DNA of 64,000 nucleotides from Leptogorgia sarmentosa (Eukaryota): NCBI GenBank assembly GCA_964658305.1, contig OZ210885.1, positions 18,786,001 to 18,850,000 of the forward strand, read 5' to 3'. Shown piece by piece: positions 26,693 to 38,300 of this stretch (position 1 is its first letter; each line of letters starts with the position of its first letter). The notes under the pieces were generated by a model. It saw only the letters and a program-made list of their open reading frames with translations, ran no database searches and was not told where the DNA came from. The position numbers and the translations under genes were made by a program.

Positions 26693-26984
26693 TTCGAGCC
26701 TTTACTCCGAAAAAGTATGTCGATAGTCATCACTGCTGTTGCTTGTTAAGTATGAGAAGTTTTTTCTCGATTCTTTTACACCCGGATGCCTTTTTAATAA
26801 TAACTTTGGAGCTTGTGAACGTTATCGAGAGTTAACCTTTTTTGCTCATTTGCTTGTTTTACGAACACACACGCGTTGTTTCCTGTTTAAAGGCATGTTG
26901 TCAACTGATAATGCACTCTTAAAACTGCAGGACTTTATACTCCAACCAAATGAAAGATTTCCCGTTTTAATCGTTGTCTTTGTT

Positions 26985-27706
26985 CTATACAAGAAACAGT
27001 TTCCATTCATAATAATTGCACTCAATGATCATTCTTGTTGAATCTTTAGGATGACGGTTTTGGGATTTTTTTGCATTTATCAAACACTGTATAAAGTCAT
27101 TTGAATTACCCGTATAAATAGATGTCGGAAACGGTGTTACAGTTGATAAAATGTAACTGTGCAGTAGTCGACACAATCTACCATTACCGTCGCTAAAAGG
27201 GTGTAAATCCAAAAGTTCGAACACCAAAAAACCGCATGCCTTAAACAATTTATAATTTTCAATATTAAATAATTGTATCGATCTATTAAAAATTGTATCT
27301 TTGCTTCTAAACCCAAAGGTTCAGCATACATATAAATTTCCCCTTTAAAGCAGGTAATTCTATTCTTGTTGCTACATTTACCCGCTTCGTTAGTATTAAG
27401 AATTAATCTATTTATTAAACAGACGTCCAGCAAGCCGTGTGGATCCTGATCGATACTTTTTAAATATTGGTACGCTTCTGTTAAGTTTTTCAGTGAAGCA
27501 CAGGATTGACCCTCTTCGGTAATTATGTGATGAAGGAATGTTTCCAAAAAGTACCAATTAACTTCTTTGGAAACAGGTTTGCTTGAAAACTTTGTTTGAT
27601 AAAATGTAATTTTATCAATCATCTCCTTTACAGAAAGATCATTTCCCTAGAACGGTACCTCTTCTGCTTCAAACTCTATTAAACTTGCAACGATAAAATT
27701 ATCCAT
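26985..27706 (-). pseudogene. Fic/Fido-domain protein (Maverick cargo)
   Basis: Canonical Fic motif HPFSDGNGRLCR; ATG at 27706, in-frame TAG near 27650, frameshift near 27245. Confidence 0.88.
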
Positions 27707-27938
27707 CTTCAAAGCAAATGAAATATTTCCTGTTTTAATCGTTGTCTTTGTTCCGTATAAATAACAGCTTCCACTTTTCGATGTTGTTTACATCTGAATG
27801 AAGTTGAAGGTATGCATCTTTGATTTTTATCACTGAAACCCTTTCCAAAGCAACATCAAATATCTGTATAATTGTTCATCCCTTTCCATTTTAAGACAGT
27901 CGTGATGTGTTGAAGACAAATGCTCGTCTTTACAACCT

Positions 27939-30900
27939 TGTCGGAATGCCCTATTTAAAGGGCCGTCCTTCACGACAATTCACAGGGATTTTCCCAAGTA
28001 TTCGAATATTATTTGTACGTCTCACTTGCCAAAAGTATACACTGTTGTTATTTCCTAAAATGTCAATCATATTAACTAACTTATGCCCTAATAAGGCGAA
28101 CATAACAAAGGTCATGTTCTATTTATAGTCAGTTTCCAACACACTCCCCTATTTAACACCAGAGGTGTTCAATACACTTGTTGCATGCATTACCCTATAA
28201 TAATATTATCAATATCAACTTATAAGTTCAAATCTTGAACGTCAGTTCAGTTACTGTTTTCAACTTCTGCAATGTCACTTATACGAACTTTTGCAACCTC
28301 CGCTGCGTTACGTCTCGGTCGAAAGGCTGGTATCTCAGGATTTAGTTTCGTCTTCGTATTCCTTTCTATGTCACAGCTCAGCTCCAACGGATAAAGATAC
28401 TGTATTGGCCTTTCAAGTTGGTTTCTACCCGCTCGAAGTCTCACCGCTCGTACAACACCGTCTTTACCAGGCAACACTTCCTCGACAATCCCTAATTTCC
28501 ATTGATTTCTGTCTTTCTCGTCACCCTTTATGATTACAACCTCACCTTTTTCCACTGTTTCGGATGATCTTTTGTGTTTGAGATTGTGTCGTTACCCCGT
28601 AAATACTCATTTGTCCGGCGTTTCCACATCGTATCTTTACATTTCTTTATGTACTTCGCTCTTCTCCTTAATGGTACGGTTTCTTCGAAGTGTGGTTCCA
28701 ATTCTGGCAGCAAGTTAGACTGAGGACGCATCATACTTTCGGGTGTTATCATCGGCATTTGGATATCATCTTCTACATACGACAAGGGGCGATTATTTAA
28801 AGCGACCTCGACATCTAACAGGACTTCTTTAAGTTCGGTGAACGTCAGAAGACTTTTCCCGATGGACTTTCGTAGAGCTTTCTTTACTAGCCCAACCATG
28901 CGCTCAAATTGCCCTCCCCACCAGGGCGCTTTGCTGAGATTGAATTGCCAAGTTATTCCCTGGTGGGCGAGGAAGTCGTTGAACTTTTCACTTGATCTTA
29001 CTTTCTTTATCCACGATGCAGCTCCGACAAAGGTTCGGCCATTGTCCGAGTACACCTTTTCAGGTCTTCCACGTCTGGCTATGAAACTCTTAAAACTTAA
29101 CAGAAACTCTTCCATTTCCATAGATTTAGCCAAATCTAGGTGTAAAGCTCTCGTCAGACTACAGGCAAATAAGATGATGTATGCTTTCCCTTCTCGCGTC
29201 TGCTTAACACGGATCTTGAGGGGCCCTGCGTAATCGACTCCAACTACTTGGAAAGCAGTGTTCCCTTCTGTTCGATCCTTTGGGAGCAAACCCGGTGGTG
29301 GACTGGCCAGAGCTGTCATCTGGAACCTCTTGCAACTGGGGCATTTCTTGATAAGCCGTTTCGCTAGCTGTCGCAGGCGAGGTACCCAATGGTTTTCGCG
29401 AATTTTTGCCATCGTGAGTCCCACTCCACCGTGGAGTGTATCTTCATGAGCTTGCTGTACGAATTTCTCTGTGTAGATCTCCGTATCTGGAAGGTAAATG
29501 GGATAAAGTCCTTGAACTCTGCCTCGACATTCTAACAATCCCGATTGGTTCCGTTGTAGGTTGAGTTGCATTCGATCAGCATCGAACTTCTCACTCGCTT
29601 CGCCTTGTCGTTGAGCCCTTCCTTCCCAAAATTTCTTTTGTGTGTCAATCTCTTCTGTAGTTAGTGGACCGACCTTTTTAATTTTGTTTCTCGCGTTGTG
29701 CACAAACCTCGCCATCCATGCACACGTTCTAATCACCGTCCAGTAATTTCGCCTTTCAATAAGTTGACTGAACTCATCTGGTTCATGATCGGTCGCCAAT
29801 CTGAACAATTCACGAACTTTCTTAGCCTCCCCAAGTGATTCTTTGGTAGCTTTCGTATGGACGTTCTCAGGCCATTTCTCGGGTTTGGAAAGCCATTTTG
29901 GTCCATTCCACCATAGCTCATTGGTCTGCGTTACAGCACCGCCACGGCTGCCCAAATCCGCTGGATTCTCGTGCGTTGGGACATATCTCCACTCGACGTC
30001 TTTCTGCTGAATTTTGTTGACTCGGTTTTGCACGAACTGCTTATAGTTTCCTTCGCCTCGAATCCAATGAAGGGCCACCGTACTATCTAACCAACAATAT
30101 GAGTTTGCTACAGGAAATCCTTCGAGTGCTTCCTGGACATTAGTGACCAGATTAACAGCCATGTGGCCAGCAACTAATTCTTGTCGAGGTATAGTTAGTC
30201 CTTGTTTGGCGAGTCGTGCCTTGGCTGTCACGAGCCCTTGCGTTTGTCCTGATGGTTGACACACTACAGCGTAGGCGGCTGCAGCTACTCTGTTTCCACT
30301 CGCATCGCCGAACGCATGAAGAGTGATGCTGGTGACTGGTTCTTGGTACTTTGCCAAAGACCTCGCTGTTGTTATCCGTTCTGGTAATTCTCCCTCCCAT
30401 CGTTTCCATCTCTTACCGAGGTCAATTGGTAGTGCTTGGTCCCATGCACATTTAAGGTTGCACGCTTCTCGATACAGCATTTTCCCCGTTAGTGACAATG
30501 GTGACGCCAAACCCAATGGGTCATAGATCTTTGCTACTTTCGTTAGAACTCCACATTCGGTTGTTGGTACTTCCTCATTCGAAATAGGAATGCTAATTGT
30601 GTCTTTGTTCTTATTCCATGCAAGCCCAAGGAGGCTGCAGTTGCCGTTATCTGGCTGTCTCAGTTGCTGTTTTGCGAAGGTCTGATCTGTGAGTTCTCCT
30701 TCATGTTGGTTTGACTCCAGTGCAGCTTCGTTCGAATGCCACTTGTGTAGCTGGAAAGCAGCGTCCTTGAATATTTCTGTAGTTTCCACTTTGAGTAGCT
30801 TGGCGTCGTTGATGGTTGTCGCACCTGATATCAAATCATCTACGTAGAGGCTCTTTTCAATTTCACGCACGGTCTCTGGACTTTTACTGCGCCACACTTC

Positions 30901-33629
30901 AAGATGTTGTTTGATCACTCCGCCCAAAAGAAATGGAGATGGGGCAAGTCCGAATAATGCCCTAGTAAACCTGTAAGTCTCCACTTCCTTTGAGTTCACA
31001 TCTTTTAACCAGTGGAATCTTAAGGCATCTCTGTTCTCTTCACAAATTCGGACTTGTAAGAAGGCTTGCTTGATATCTGCCGTGAGGGCTACCGGATTAA
31101 ATCGTCCTCTTACGAGCACACTCCAGAGTTGGTTTTGGAGTGGCGGACCAGGGTTCAGACATTCATTGAGAGATGGGGCATCATCTTCTACTCGCGCCGA
31201 CGCATCATACACAATTCGAAGCTTTGTACTCTCTGCTTTCTCTCGTATCACTGGCTTGTGTGGAATGTAGCATTCTTCGCCGATCACGGTGTCTGGGGCA
31301 CGCTCTATTACACCTTGGTCCAGCTGTTCTTTGATGATTGCGTCATAATCGTTGATCTTTCCTGATTTCTCCAGCTTGCGAACTAGAGAATTTAATCTAC
31401 GTAAACTGACATCTTTCCCAGTTGGCAGCGCCGGGTGATCTCCTTTCCAAGGGAGACCAGTTTGATACCATCCGTCTTTACTCCTTTGTAGCTGCTCCTT
31501 AAATTCTTCAAACACTTCATTTTGATCACCAACAGGGTGGTCTGCGAGACCAAGTACATCGAGTTTGCACAGTTCGTCATAGTCAACTTGCGCTGTTTGG
31601 GTAAGTAACATTTCTGAGACGTCAAACTCCTGCCCAGGTGATGTGACGGTCCATCCCAGCTTGGTGAGTGTAGGCACTGGATCCCATTCTCCCCCGATGC
31701 GCTGTGGTTCTGCTGTACTTATTCTGCTGCATTCACTGATTCCCAGGATTAAGTGGACAGGTAAGTTGGTTTTGTTGTCGTTGTCATCCATGACTACTCC
31801 TTCGAGATGTGGGTGTCTTCGCAGAAGGCTCTTATAACCAGGATTCTTTAAAGTCATGAGTTGAGGCTTCTCCACTTTGCTGACATTGATACTCATTTCA
31901 AAGGACTTATCCAGCGAGCTTACCTTGACAGTGTAAACGTCAATCCTTCTCGTTGTGGTGCTCAACATCATTTCGATTTGTCGCATTTCCGAGCTGATGG
32001 GTTTGACTCCAATCGTTTTGAGTAAGACAGCTGATGCGTAGGAGCTACCTGATCCAGAATCCAGCAATGCACGACATTTGACTCCATTCACATCTACAAC
32101 CACAACTGGATATACAACATGCTGTTCGTTTCCTTGATTGGTTGTCATCAGGTTTTCTTTCGGTGGGTTTTCACAAATGGAGGAATGGTGCTTCCCATCA
32201 CAGATCCGACATTTCGATCGACTTTTACATTCCGAAGCTCTGTGCCCTGAACCGGTACAGTTAAAACAGAGTCGTTTGCGCTGTAAAATCTGCCTTCGTT
32301 CACCAGGTTTAGTCACACTGCCACAATCGATTGACTTGTGGTCTGGCTTGTCACAATAAACACAGGCACGTTGTTGGGTATTGTAGGAAGACCCACTTGG
32401 GAATTCGCTCCGCTTTTTCCGTGGTAGGCAGGGGTTCCTTTCGGTCCACATTCGCAGTGCTTCGACAAAATTCGGAAAGTCCCATTCGCGCCACCTTTCA
32501 TCTGTTCGAAGTAAATCGCCCCGTATCCCTTCGAGCTTGTCTATCGACATTCGCACATAACCATTTATCTCAGTTAATTTCCCTAAAGTTTCGAGTGCTT
32601 GAAAGTTGAATAGTAATTTCTCATAAGAATCGTGTATTTTCCAGGGTTGTGTACCATTGATAACTGGTAAAGCCATAATGTTTTGTACATAGGCGTTGAC
32701 AATCTCTGTGGTGTTGCCATACTTGTTCTTCAAAATATTTTTCGCTCTGGTGTATCCTTCAGTTGAAAATGGTAGTCCATCTATAGTTGATCTAACATTT
32801 GGTTTCAAAAGTTCTTTTAGATAGGCGAATTTGGTTACGGGTGCTATATCACTGTTGTTGTCTATTTCGGTTTCAAATATGTTCCAAAAACGAAGCCAAT
32901 CGGTTGGTGCACCATTAAATTGGGTAATAATTAACTTGGGAAGCTTCGTTTGAGTTTGATCCGGCTTTTTTGTAGTTTTATCTTTCCTGATTTCATCAAC
33001 CTTGTGCTCAAATTGCAGTTTTTGTTCGTATTGTTCTTTCTCAAACTGCAGTTGTTGTACCAGTTCGGCTTCTTTCGCTTTGCTCGCTTTGCTCGCTTCG
33101 TTGGCTTTCATTTCGTCCAAATATTTTTGTAGCTTTTCGACTTCTGCATCGACCTTTTCGACTTGTTCTTCGACATTTTTGCTCCAAATTGTAATTGTTT
33201 CATCGTCGTCTCCACGTTCAAACTTTCCTTCTAAAATCTGTAATTTTACCTCCTCGATATTCGCAGTAATCTTTATCAATGCTTCGCGTTGTCTTTCGAT
33301 GGCGACAATATTTGCTTTGCTTACAACTTCAGATGTTTTCTCGAACGTAAATTTTAATAGCTTTAATTTCCCGGTTAAATCTTTCTCTAGTTTCTCCATA
33401 TTTCGATCTCGTCGCAGGTGCCACTTTGTCGGAATGCCCTATTTAAAGGGCCGTCCTTCACGACAATTCACAGGGATTTTCCCAAGTATTCGAATATTAT
33501 TTGTACATCTCACTTGCCAAAAGTATACACTGTTGTTATTTCCTAAAATGTCAATCATATTAACTAACTTATGCCCTAATAAGGCGAACATAACAAAGGT
33601 CATGTTCTATTTATAGTCAGTTTCCAACA
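27939..33629 (-). mobile_element. BEL/Pao LTR retrotransposon C, full length and young
   Basis: 203-bp TG..CA LTRs at 27939-28141 and 33427-33629 with one difference seen; TSD ACCT; PBS-like TGGCACCTGCGACGAG; PPT GGGGAGTG. Confidence 0.97.
28247..33399 (-). CDS. BEL-C gag-pol polyprotein; 1621-aa ORF plus one frameshift near 28590
   Basis: Three Zn knuckles, LLDSGS protease, YVDD RT, FGDAS RNaseH, GVDYAGP/SDNG/ERMV integrase. Confidence 0.95.
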
Positions 33630-33997
33630 ACCTGTACAATTTTCAATGGTTATCTGATTTATAATTGACGCAATTTCCTGTGCAAAAATTTTTAACAGTT
33701 TTTTTATAGAATCCTGCTGACGATGATGTAAAACTAATTGTCAATGTCAATAAAGCAGGACATCTTTCCTTGTCGAATGCCAAAAGACATTTGACAGCAA
33801 ACCCGTTCATATGTGGGCATAAGATGGGTCACTCTGCAAGTAAAAATCTGAAAATCAACAATATAACAGTAAAACCATTAAAAACTATGACAAACCTACA
33901 ACCATCGAGCCACAACCCGTTGCAGATGAACCCCCTCAAGTCAATGACGAATAAAAGGGTAGCATTGCTCAAGATAATTTTCATTTTATGTGTTATC

Positions 33998-35015
33998 ATG
34001 GACGAGTACTTATCGAGTGTTTACTACGATCCGAAACGCGCGGGAGGACTTGGCGGAGTAGAGCACCTGTATCGAGATGTTAAAGAAGAAGGAAAGTTTA
34101 AGATAAGTCGAAAGAAAATCAGGGAATGGTTGATGAAACAAGATACATACACTTTACACAAACCCATGCGTCGCCACTTTAGGCGAAATCGTGTTATCAT
34201 AGGGGGTATTGACCAGCAATGGCAGATGGATTTAGCAGATTTACAATCTTGTTTGCATTGACGTTTTTTCAAAGTATGCATGGGTCGTTTCCTTGAAAAA
34301 CAAAACAGGACCGGCGCTGGTAGAAGCGTTTAAAATCATTTTGGCTTCTGGACGTAAACCCGAAAAAATCATGACGGATCAGGGTACAGAATTTTTAAAC
34401 AGGCACTTCTGAGCACTGATGAAGAAGAAGACATTGAACTTTACAATACATACAACGAAACATAGCTTCTATTGTGGAACGGTTGATTCGTACTCTGAAG
34501 ACTAGAATGTGGCGTTACTTTACGTAACATTGACATGTTACCTAATTTAGTATATTCATATAATCATAGCGTCCATCGTAGTATTAAACTTAAACCCGTA
34601 GATGTTACAAGGGAGAACGAGGAACACGTATGGCACATGTTGTATGGTGACCATTATACTAAAACAACTCCAACGTATAAGTTTAAAGTAGGGGATCATG
34701 TTAGAATCAGTAAAATGAAACGTACATTTGAAAAAGGTTACCTGCCTAACTTTTCCAAGGAAATTTTTACTGTAAGCAAACAAATTCCTCGCGATCCACC
34801 AGTGTATAAACTTAAAGATTATGATGACGAAGAAATCAAAGGCACGTTTTACAATAGAGTTGCAAAAAATAATCAAGCTAGATGACGTGTACGGGGTGGA
34901 AAAAATCCTGAAGAAACGCGGGAGGGGAAGTAATGTACAATATCTTGTAAAATGGTTAGGGTACCCAAACAAATTTAATTCATGGGTACCGGCATCTCAA
35001 ATAAAAAAGATCTAA
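33998..35015 (+). pseudogene. Maverick retroviral-like integrase with C-terminal chromodomain
   Basis: WQMDLADL, IDVFSKYAW, TDQGTEF, VERLIRTLK, YNHSVHRSI and YLVKWLGYP..NSWV motifs; several frameshifts. Confidence 0.93.
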
Positions 35016-35312
35016 ATCCTTATGCTGGTGTTATTTTTTGCTATCATTCATCATGAGCGGAGCGCACTTTTACTTAACGCTTCCTACCACCGATTATCGT
35101 GTAAGCCTACCAGAAGGTATTGAATTGGAAGGAAATTGGGAAGTGGGGCTGTACTCCATTTCGTATCCTTTTAGTTGGTACACTGTACCAAATGTCAACA
35201 CAGCATCCCATATTTTTTACATGGAACCTAGCACTGGTGCGTGGTGGAGTTACACTGTTCAATACTGTCACTACGCAACTGTAAATGATCTGGTTAAAGC
35301 CATAAATAACGC

Positions 35313-38300
35313 TGATGCATTGTAAACACTACTTAAAATCAGCCACAGCCACAAACCGTATAATAATGATGATTTAATGATAATTAATATTCAATCTAAA
35401 ATACAATACAATAATTTCGTAAGGTTAAATTTGATATGTCAATGCTTCTTACCATACAACTTAATTACTTAGAATGTCCAATAGATTTCACTTCTGTGGC
35501 AGGTCGTATACAAAACAGATAAAACTGGTTAGCAGATCACTTGTTAGCTCTAAGCAAATCCTGGTTAGCAAACGGTCCTTTTGACATGAACTAAAATTAC
35601 TGAATGAGTCTCTACCTAAGGCATGCAGGTCTTTTACTTGTAATTTTATATTGCTTGATTTCTTAATCCCTATAATCATTAACCAATCAGACGTTCTTAA
35701 TCATAAAATATTCCCTAACGTTAAAAGTTAATAACAAAACATCCTCCGCCCCATAAGGGCGTCGTCCTTATCTTCTTTTCAGTGTTTCTGTTCTTATTCA
35801 TCATCTCCGTACCCCTCCACTGGGTGGATTACCGCAATCTTCGTGATTGGGCGACGGTAGGTTCCCGCAGACGTTTTGACTTCAACATTTCGCACTCGTC
35901 CGTCTGATCCTGGAAATACTTGTATTATTCTTCCAACAGACCACTTTCCTCTCACTGCGTTATTATCCGCTAGAACAACAATATCATCTACTTGGACGTT
36001 TCGTCTTTCTGCTCTCCATCGTTTACGTGGTACTAAATGCGGAAAGACATCTCTTGCCCATTTCTGCCAAAATGCGTCCACTATCTTCTGTACGAATTCG
36101 ACGCGGCGAGCTGGATTCTTTGTATGCTTGAATGGTCCTTGCGGGACTGCTGTGGTGGCACAACCAAGCAGGATATCATTTGGGCACACATAGGACCCAT
36201 CATCTGGATCGTTCGGTATTCGCCCAATAGGCCTCTCGTTCACCAGATTGGCCACCTCCAATAACACCGTATACAATTCAAATGGCGTTAAAACTTGTTC
36301 CCCTATTGCTTTCTTTATTCCTCTTTTGCAGGTCTTGACCAGTGCTTCAGCACAACCGTTGTGGTGTGGGGCTGCAGGTGTTGTAAACTTCCACTGGGTA
36401 CCCCTTTCTGCTGTAAAATCTGTCAACTCTTCTTGGGTATATCCTTGCACCATTTCTCTCAGCTCTCTCTCAGCACCAACAAACTGCGTGCCATTATCAC
36501 TCAAAATGACTGCGGGTTGCCCTCTTGTCGAGAAGAACCTTCGTAACACTTGGAGAAATTCCATCGTTGAACAATCTACAGCCAGTTCTAAATGTACCGC
36601 TCTTGTGTTCAAGCATGTGAAGATCACTCCATAATGCTTACATCTCTTGTTTCTTCCGATCTTCACAGTGTACGGTCCAAAGTAATCACAGGCTGTGTAG
36701 TAAAATGGTGGTGAGAATGGTGTTAGACGAAGTTTGGGCAGGTCAGCTATCTGTTGGGATTCGAATTTTGGACTCATTTCCTTGCAAAAGGTACATCGGA
36801 ACTTGACGGACTTGCTTATCTTGTTAACCTTTAATATCCAGTACTTTCTCCTGGTTTTGGCTGCCGTTGTTGCTACTCCTGGGTGTCCAAATTGATGCAT
36901 GTGCTTCGTAATCAATCGGGATACATGGTGGTCGCCAGGTAGCAGGGCGGGGTGCTTGGTGTCGTAGGACACTGATGCCTTGCTCACCCTTCCTCCAACT
37001 CTTATGATGCCTTCTTCGTCGATGAACGGGCTTAGCGCTGCGAAATCTCCCTTCTTCAAGCGTTGATTAATACTTTCTTGTGCTTGTTTAATCAAAAAGT
37101 TTTCTGCTCTCTGCAACTCTTCCGGATTCAATGTTTCATCCCGTATTTCTTCCTGTTGCGAACAATTACGCAGTTGGATCTCTCTGGCTAGCCTTTGAAT
37201 ACGTGCTGTAACTCTAACGAGCTTTCGCCAAGTGGAAAAACGCTTCGCGTCAATCACGTCTTCCTCTTTCTTCTTCATTTTGACTACAGCTACTTGTCTG
37301 CGCTCGATATCTTCATCAGGGTTTGGCGTGGTTTCTTTAATAGGCCATTGCTCTTTTGGTAAACGCAGAAACTTGGGCCCGTTTATCCATCTCGCGGTTA
37401 CTTCCTTTACGTGAATCCCTCTCGACAGATCATCTGCTACGTTATCTTCGCTGGGAATATGTTTCCACTGACTGGTTTTGGAGTGACTTTGTATTTCGCC
37501 TACTCTGGACGACACAAACAGCTTAAAGCTACGTGACGGGCTCTGTATCCAAGACAGAACGATGGTGCTGTCGATGAAAAACGTAACGGCTTGGAACTGT
37601 AGTCTGCTCTCTTCTTGTATGGCCTTGGCTAATCGGGTGGCGACAACGGCTGCTTGCAACTCTAATCTTGGGATGGTGAGTTGTTTCAAAGGGGGCCACT
37701 CTGGACTTGGCTGCGATGAATCCCACTGCGTAGGTCCCGTCAATTTTCTGCTGCCTTATATAAGCGCAGGCTCCGAATGCTTCCTGGGATGCGTCAGCAA
37801 AAACACATAGCGATGGCGTGCCAGTCGCGTCAGCTCTCACTAGGCTTCTCTCGAACGATACGTCGTTCAGTTCCATCATTTCGCGGAACTAGGAAATCCA
37901 TTTTTCCTGGACTGCTTGTGGGAGCTCGTCATCCCATTCCAAACGCAACAACCATAGTTGCTGCATTCCGATTTTTGCTCTCACGATAATAGGGGCGACG
38001 AAACCAATTGGGTCATAGATCCGTGCGATTTGACTTAAAATCGTTCTCTTCGTTAATAATGTTCTCTGATTGGGTCGTTGATCCACATTCTTCAGCACGT
38101 CCATTCTTACTTTGAAATGAAATCTGTCAGAGTCACAGTTCCATGATATTCCTAGCACCTTCTCTTCTTCTTCCAGAAACATGTTCAATCCTTTCTTCAT
38201 TTCATCGTTGCATTTCTGCGATAGAAGATTCTTATTTGAAATCCAACCCTTTACGCTGAATCCTCCAGTCTCCAAGACTGCATCTATCTCTTTCATCAGC

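Larger units (their letters stand above)
27735..33790 (-). pseudogene. Maverick accessory gene with a CxGC..H..HxC motif, split by BEL-C
   Basis: Removing C and one ACCT restores ...ITIENCTGCKDEHLSSTHHDCLKM... in frame. Ends are approximate. Confidence 0.55.

Noticed and set aside
26985..27706. Bacterial contamination or a prophage suggested by the Fic gene
   Set aside because: The gene is embedded among Maverick genes with spliceosomal introns and LTR insertions.
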